Part shown: one piece after another, positions 27,969-32,000 of the stretch | How the letters are laid out: each line of letters opens with the position of its first letter | Numbering within the stretch: the stretch's first letter is position 1 | NCBI GenBank assembly: GCA_965250005.1 | Contig: OZ252279.1 | Span: forward strand, 210,001-242,000 | Direction of reading: 5' to 3' | DNA from: Demequinaceae bacterium | Lineage (GTDB): Bacteria > Actinomycetota > Actinomycetes > Actinomycetales > Demequinaceae | Length of the DNA stretch: 32,000 bases | Translations under genes and position numbers: made by a program | Notes under the pieces: generated by a model | What the model saw: only the letters and a program-made list of their open reading frames with translations | What the model was told of the DNA's origin: nothing | Database searches by the model: none

Positions 27969-28325
27969 GTGACCATGTTGATGCAATCCGATGGGACCCT
28001 GACCCAGCGAGGGCGCCTGCTGCGCACGGCTGTTGGTCTTGCCGCAGCCGTCTCCGTCGTCGTGTTTGGGCCGCAGGCATTCGCGGACGACGCGCCTGGC
28101 GCTGGCGCTCCATCTAGTTTCGCCGTGCCCGACGCCGCCTCGAGCGCGGGAGAGTTCGACACGTACACCGTCGCCCAAGGGGAGACGCTGTGGACGATCG
28201 CGGACGCAGTTAGCGGCCCTGAACACAATGTACAAGACACAGTGCGCGCGATCATGGAGTTGAACGCGATGAGCTCTGCGTTCGTTGTACCGGGAGACCA
28301 AATCCTCGTGCCGCCGCTCGGATAG
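27969..28325 (+). CDS. secreted/anchored LysM-domain protein, SOS-controlled (ChiZ/DivS-position gene)
   Basis: 118 aa; the start is GTG 27969 or ATG 27975, with GGGGAG at 27964-27969. It has a signal-like N-terminus [23 protein letters not shown] and a C-terminal LysM domain ([16 protein letters not shown]...PGDQILVP). It is divergent from lexA and upstream of nrdR, like Rv2719c. Confidence 0.75.
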   Translation: MTMLMQSDGTLTQRGRLLRTAVGLAAAVSVVVFGPQAFADDAPGAGAPSSFAVPDAASSAGEFDTYTVAQGETLWTIADAVSGPEHNVQDTVRAIMELNAMSSAFVVPGDQILVPPLG

Positions 28326-28405
28326 TTCCTGGCGGGTTGTCGGCAGCGAGGCATTCGGGCGAGTGCGCGTTCGTCCGCGCGCAGCATCCGTGCCAAGGTG
28401 GGGGC

Positions 28406-28882
28406 ATGCATTGTCCTTTCTGTCGTCACGCTGACTCGCGCGTCATCGATTCACGCACCGCGGACGATGGCTCGGCAATCCGGCGGCGCCGCGAATGCCC
28501 TGAATGCGGCCGTCGATTCTCGACGGTCGAAACCGCGAGCCTGACGGTCACCAAGCGCTCGGGCGTCTCCGAGCCTTTCAGCCGCGAGAAGATCGTCGCA
28601 GGCGTCAGAAAGGCATGCCAGGGGCGTCCCGTGAGCGACGACGACCTGGCCGTTCTCGCCCAGCAGGTCGAGGAGACCATTCGCGCCAACGGGCAAGCCG
28701 AGATCGACGCTCTTGACGTTGGGCTCGCGATCCTTCCGCCCTTGCGCGAGCTTGACGAGATCGCCTACTTGAGGTTCGCGAGCGTGTACCAAGGTTTCGA
28801 CTCACTGGATGATTTTGCGGCGGCCATTGACCGCTTGCGAGCAGAGTACGCGCAAACCGACGCGCCAATGGAGGACGGCTAG
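28406..28882 (+). CDS. nrdR: transcriptional repressor NrdR
   Basis: ATG 28406 follows [27 protein letters not shown]...[10 protein letters not shown] forms the zinc ribbon, followed by an ATP-cone. The track start 28337 adds 23 non-homologous residues. Confidence 0.92.
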   Translation: MHCPFCRHADSRVIDSRTADDGSAIRRRRECPECGRRFSTVETASLTVTKRSGVSEPFSREKIVAGVRKACQGRPVSDDDLAVLAQQVEETIRANGQAEIDALDVGLAILPPLRELDEIAYLRFASVYQGFDSLDDFAAAIDRLRAEYAQTDAPMEDG

Positions 28883-28906
28883 CGGTGAACGCCAAAGAGA
28901 GCCGGA

Positions 28907-28924
28907 CTGGCCGTCTGTGGCCAG
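28907..28924. terminator. weak hairpin between convergent nrdR and serA
   Basis: CTGGCC-GTCTGT-GGCCAG forms a 6-bp stem with a 6-nt loop in the 54-bp gap. There is no U-tract. Confidence 0.25.
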
Positions 28925-28936
28925 CACATGGTGCCT

Positions 28937-30133
28937 CTAAGAGAGGACGCGCAGGCGAACCGTCGCAGGCATTTTCGCCAGCGCGTCGAGTGCGTCAGCG
29001 GCGACGCCGGCCGAGACGTCCGTGACAACGTAGCCGAGGTCTCCACGGGTCGACAGCAGTTGGCCCTCGATGTTGACGTCGTGGGTCGCAAATTCCGCGT
29101 TGACCGCTGCGAGAACTCCGGGGATGTTTTCGTGCAAGTGAGCGACGCGATGGGAACCGCTGGTCTGCTCGAGTGACAGATTCGGCAGATTCACGCTGAG
29201 CGAGGTTGAGCCGTGCCGAACGTAGTCGCGCAGCCGCGTGGCCACAAAGATGCCGATGTCGCGCTGAGCTTCCTCAGTGGAACCGGCGATATGCGGCGTC
29301 AGAATCACGTTTGAGCGGTTGCGGAGCGGCGAGTCAAACGCATCGCCACGTTTTTTGGGTTCCTGTGGGAACACGTCGATTCCGGCTCCAGCGATGTGGC
29401 CCCTGTCGATCGCCGCGCCGAGTTCCTCCACGTCGAGCACGAACCCGCGGGATAGGTTCAGAAACAGTGAGCCATCTTTCATCTTGTCGAACTGAGCCTT
29501 GCCGAAGAAGCCAGCATTGCCGTGGCGGCCGTCGATGTGAAGAGTGACGATGTCGGCACTTGTGAGCAGGTCCTCGAGCGAGTGCATGCGGGTGGCGTTG
29601 CCCATCGCGAGCTTCTCGGCGTTGTCGTAGAAGATGACGTTCATGCCCAGCGCCTCGGCCACAACGGACAGTTGCGAGCCGATGTTGCCATAGCCTACGA
29701 TTCCGAGGGTACGACCCCGGATTTCGTGCGCGCCATCGGCGCTCTTATCCCACACTCCCTCGTGCATGAGGCGATTGTGGTCGGGGAGCCTACGGGTGAG
29801 TCCGATGATTTCGGCGATCGCGAGTTCGACTACCGAGCGTGTGTTCGAGAACGGCGCGTTGAATACGGCCACCCCGCTACGTGCCGCGGCGGCTAGATCA
29901 ACCTGATTTGTGCCGACACTGAAGGCGCCGACGGCGATCAGGGAGTCTGAGGACTCGATGACTTTCTCGGTGAGCATTGTCTTTGAGCGAATGCCCAAGA
30001 GGCCGACGCCCTGGATGGCGCCTATCAGTTCGGCCTCATCCATCGCGCCGACATGATTGGTCACTTCGAAGCCCGCCGAGGTCAGTATCTCGGTGGCCTG
30101 TGGATGAAGATTTTCTAGGAGGAGTGCTCGCAC
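28937..30133 (-). CDS. serA: D-3-phosphoglycerate dehydrogenase (short form with C-terminal ACT domain)
   Basis: Homology begins at VRALLLENLHPQATEILTSAGFEV (GTG 30133). It has the NAD motif GIVGYGNIGSQ, the 2-hydroxyacid dehydrogenase core and an ACT-like tail (HRVAHLHENIPGVLA). The upstream extension to 30301 is Cys/His/Arg-rich and non-homologous. TTG 30169 is an alternative start. Confidence 0.85.
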   Translation of the reverse strand: MRALLLENLHPQATEILTSAGFEVTNHVGAMDEAELIGAIQGVGLLGIRSKTMLTEKVIESSDSLIAVGAFSVGTNQVDLAAAARSGVAVFNAPFSNTRSVVELAIAEIIGLTRRLPDHNRLMHEGVWDKSADGAHEIRGRTLGIVGYGNIGSQLSVVAEALGMNVIFYDNAEKLAMGNATRMHSLEDLLTSADIVTLHIDGRHGNAGFFGKAQFDKMKDGSLFLNLSRGFVLDVEELGAAIDRGHIAGAGIDVFPQEPKKRGDAFDSPLRNRSNVILTPHIAGSTEEAQRDIGIFVATRLRDYVRHGSTSLSVNLPNLSLEQTSGSHRVAHLHENIPGVLAAVNAEFATHDVNIEGQLLSTRGDLGYVVTDVSAGVAADALDALAKMPATVRLRVLS

Positions 30134-30193
30134 GGAAACTATGCTCTCGTACTTTCGTCGGTGGACCAACTTGGCTGGTTTCCGTGGCAGGCT

Positions 30194-31003
30194 ATGCGCA
30201 TGGGTAGAGCAGGCAGATTCACTGTAATGATGGTGGCGTTCGTCGCAGCAGTCTTGGTCGCGTTCGTGTTTTCGGGCCTCACGGTTACCGACGTCCAGCA
30301 TCTCGGCACGCCGCGCAACGCCATCGTCGACGGTGGAGAGGAAGTCAGAGTTCCGGTTCCTCCTGCGTCAGATGGGCGCGTGTTGCCTGTCGTTACGTCG
30401 CCAAGCGAGGGCGACTATGGATTCATGTTTCTTGATGGCGCTGCCCCCATCCGGTACGACCCATGCCGCCCGATCGAATTTGTCATCGCCCCCAGCGGCG
30501 GCCCTCTGGGGGGCGACGATCTCATCAAGGAAGCCTTCGAGCAGGTGTCCACGGCGTCGGGGCTCGCGTTTGTATTCAAGGGCCACACGTCCGAAGAGGC
30601 AAGTTTCGAACGGTCGCTGATCCAGCCCGACGTGTACGGCGAAAACTTCGCTCCCGTGATTGTCGGCTGGTCAGATGAGACGGTAGTTGCGGACCTCGCG
30701 GGCGCCGTTACAGGACTCGGTGGCTCAAGTTCCGTGACGGGCGCGTACGGGCCAGAGCGCTTTCTGACCTCGGGTGTCGTTATCCTCGACGGCCCAGACA
30801 TTCTCGAGCTGCTCGGCACGGAGAACAGTAGGCAGATTGCACTCGCCGTTGTCATGCATGAGCTGGGCCACGTCGTGGGCCTCGCCCATGTCGACAACGA
30901 ACTCGAACTGATGAATGCATCCAACACCTGGCTTACGGCGTGGGGAAGCGGAGATCTTGCCGGTCTCGCCGCCGCTGGCGCCGGACCGTGCCAGGAGGTC
31001 TAA
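30194..31003 (+). CDS. membrane-anchored zinc metalloprotease, metzincin (matrixin-like) motif
   Basis: HELGHVVGLAHV matches HExxHxxGxxH. The N-terminal anchor is RFTVMMVAFVAAVLVAFVFSGL. The start is ambiguous (GTG 30161, ATG 30194 or ATG 30200). Confidence 0.7.
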   Translation: MRMGRAGRFTVMMVAFVAAVLVAFVFSGLTVTDVQHLGTPRNAIVDGGEEVRVPVPPASDGRVLPVVTSPSEGDYGFMFLDGAAPIRYDPCRPIEFVIAPSGGPLGGDDLIKEAFEQVSTASGLAFVFKGHTSEEASFERSLIQPDVYGENFAPVIVGWSDETVVADLAGAVTGLGGSSSVTGAYGPERFLTSGVVILDGPDILELLGTENSRQIALAVVMHELGHVVGLAHVDNELELMNASNTWLTAWGSGDLAGLAAAGAGPCQEV

Positions 31004-32000
31004 CCGGCTGGTTGTAGGCCTGCGGGCAGCGAGCCCTGATAGACCACTTCTAGGCTCCTGATGGGCCGCGTGAGCGCCACGTAGAGATCCCCAGGGTGCG
31101 CGGCGATCGTTGCCGGGTCCACAAGTACGACTACATCGAATTCGAGTCCCTTTGCCTCACGTGGCGTCAACACGCTCATGCCCTCTGCCTCGACGTCGGC
31201 GCGCAGGCCCGCGACCTGAACAGGTGGCGCGATGATCGCGACCTCTCCGCCTCCGGTGCGCTCAAGCATTGAGGCGCAATCGAGCGCGATTTGCAGAGCC
31301 GCGGCCAGCGCGTCCTCTGCCTGCGTGAACCGCACGGAGTCCTCCGCGTCGCGCGCGGCGGTCAGCTCGCTCGCAGGAAGTCCAGCGGCGCGGGCATATG
31401 ATTGCGCGACGTCGGCAACGTCAGCTGGGATCCGGTAGGACACGGTGAGTTCGCGGAGCGCCCAGTTCTCTCCGAACAGCCGGTCGAAGGTTTCTGGCCA
31501 CCACCTGGTCCCTGCGCCCGCTGCGGTCTGCGCGACGTCTCCGACGATGGTGAAGGATCGCGACGGGCAGCGCCGGAGGAGCATTCGCCACGCCATGGGC
31601 GATAGTTCCTGCGCCTCGTCGACCACGATGTGGCCAAAGGTCCATGTCCGGTCGCGCGAGGCGCGCTCGGCGACGCTCTCGCCGCTGCGGCCACCCTGCA
31701 TCCGCCGCGCGAGGTCGTCCGCTGAGACCATTCCTCTTGCGCCCGCATTCGAGATCGACTGACGGGCGTAGTCGAGCTCTTCGGAGCTGATCGCGGCCGT
31801 ACGCTTCTTGCGTCCCGGCAACTCGCCGAGAAGCTCCGCGGCCTCGTCAAGTAGCGGCACGTCGGCGTCGGTAAACGCGCCCGTCGCCGGACGGTGAAGG
31901 AGGCCGCATTCGGCGGCCGTTAGTTGCGGCGCCGCGTGCCGGAGCAGGTGCGGATGACGGTAAAGATCGGCAAGTAGTTGGGAGGCCGTGATCGGCAGCC
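31000..32000 (-). CDS. helD: UvrD-like / HelD-family ATPase, C-terminal part (5' end outside window)
   Basis: The frame is open to the window edge (...FTDADVPLLDEAAELLG...). The SF1 motifs are HIVVDEAQELSPMAWRMLLRR, FTIVGDVAQT, LTVSYR, EAKGLEFDVVVLV and LYVALTRPIRSLEVV. The stop overlaps the metalloprotease stop (CTAA, 31000-31003). Confidence 0.62.
   Translation of the reverse strand, partial: LPITASQLLADLYRHPHLLRHAAPQLTAAECGLLHRPATGAFTDADVPLLDEAAELLGELPGRKKRTAAISSEELDYARQSISNAGARGMVSADDLARRMQGGRSGESVAERASRDRTWTFGHIVVDEAQELSPMAWRMLLRRCPSRSFTIVGDVAQTAAGAGTRWWPETFDRLFGENWALRELTVSYRIPADVADVAQSYARAAGLPASELTAARDAEDSVRFTQAEDALAAALQIALDCASMLERTGGGEVAIIAPPVQVAGLRADVEAEGMSVLTPREAKGLEFDVVVLVDPATIAAHPGDLYVALTRPIRSLEVVYQGSLPAGLQPAG

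Noticed and set aside
28337-28405. 23-codon N-terminal extension of nrdR
   Set aside because: NrdR proteins begin at the MxCPxC zinc ribbon. ATG 28406 has a strong SD.
30134-30301. 56-codon N-terminal extension of serA (MLDVGNREARKHERDQDCCDERHHH...)
   Set aside because: It is Cys/His/Arg-rich and non-homologous, and it would overlap the divergent metalloprotease gene. Dehydrogenase homology begins at the GTG 30133 region.
1-32000. Search for CRISPR arrays, IS elements/transposases, integrases, tRNA/rRNA genes and defence or toxin-antitoxin modules
   Set aside because: I saw no spaced direct-repeat arrays, terminal inverted repeats with a transposase ORF, recombinase motifs or structured RNA genes. 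The only repeats are the 17-bp duplication and the rnj-3' relic reported above.

Overview
This window is high-GC, almost fully coding actinobacterial chromosome. It is colinear with the conserved Actinomycetota backbone thyX-dapA-rnj ... ftsK ... pgsA-(cinA)-clgR-DUF3046-recA-recX ... miaB-miaA-dapF ... hflX ... lexA / LysM-nrdR. From memory this matches the M. tuberculosis Rv2754c to Rv2718c order, here with rny between recX and miaB. Apparent lineage-specific insertions into that backbone are: (a) a small lipoprotein, a VOC/glyoxalase protein and a GH20 hexosaminidase lipoprotein between thyX and dapA; (b) a membrane protein, an rnj-3' relic, a disrupted lipoprotein gene and a DUF2249 gene between rnj and ftsK; (c) a PAS-PAS-GGDEF-EAL protein and a CapA-family phosphoesterase between ftsK and pgsA; (d) an Fe-S DinG-like helicase between hflX and lexA; and (e) serA, a membrane-anchored metzincin and a HelD-like ATPase at the right end. 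I found no tRNA, rRNA, CRISPR array, transposase, integrase or recognisable defence or toxin module, and no convincing novel multi-gene system. The unusual signals are small-scale: (1) a 17-bp tandem duplication that frameshifts a lipoprotein gene; (2) a displaced second copy of the rnj 3' end plus the start of the next gene, differing mostly at synonymous sites, which looks like a recombination scar; (3) a leader with three GGGAGGC SD-like heptamers and two complementary anti-SD tracts upstream of the DUF2249 gene; (4) a well-defined SOS architecture, with a Cheo-type box at recA and three boxes in the lexA/LysM divergent promoter. All family assignments come from motif recognition by eye; no searches were run.
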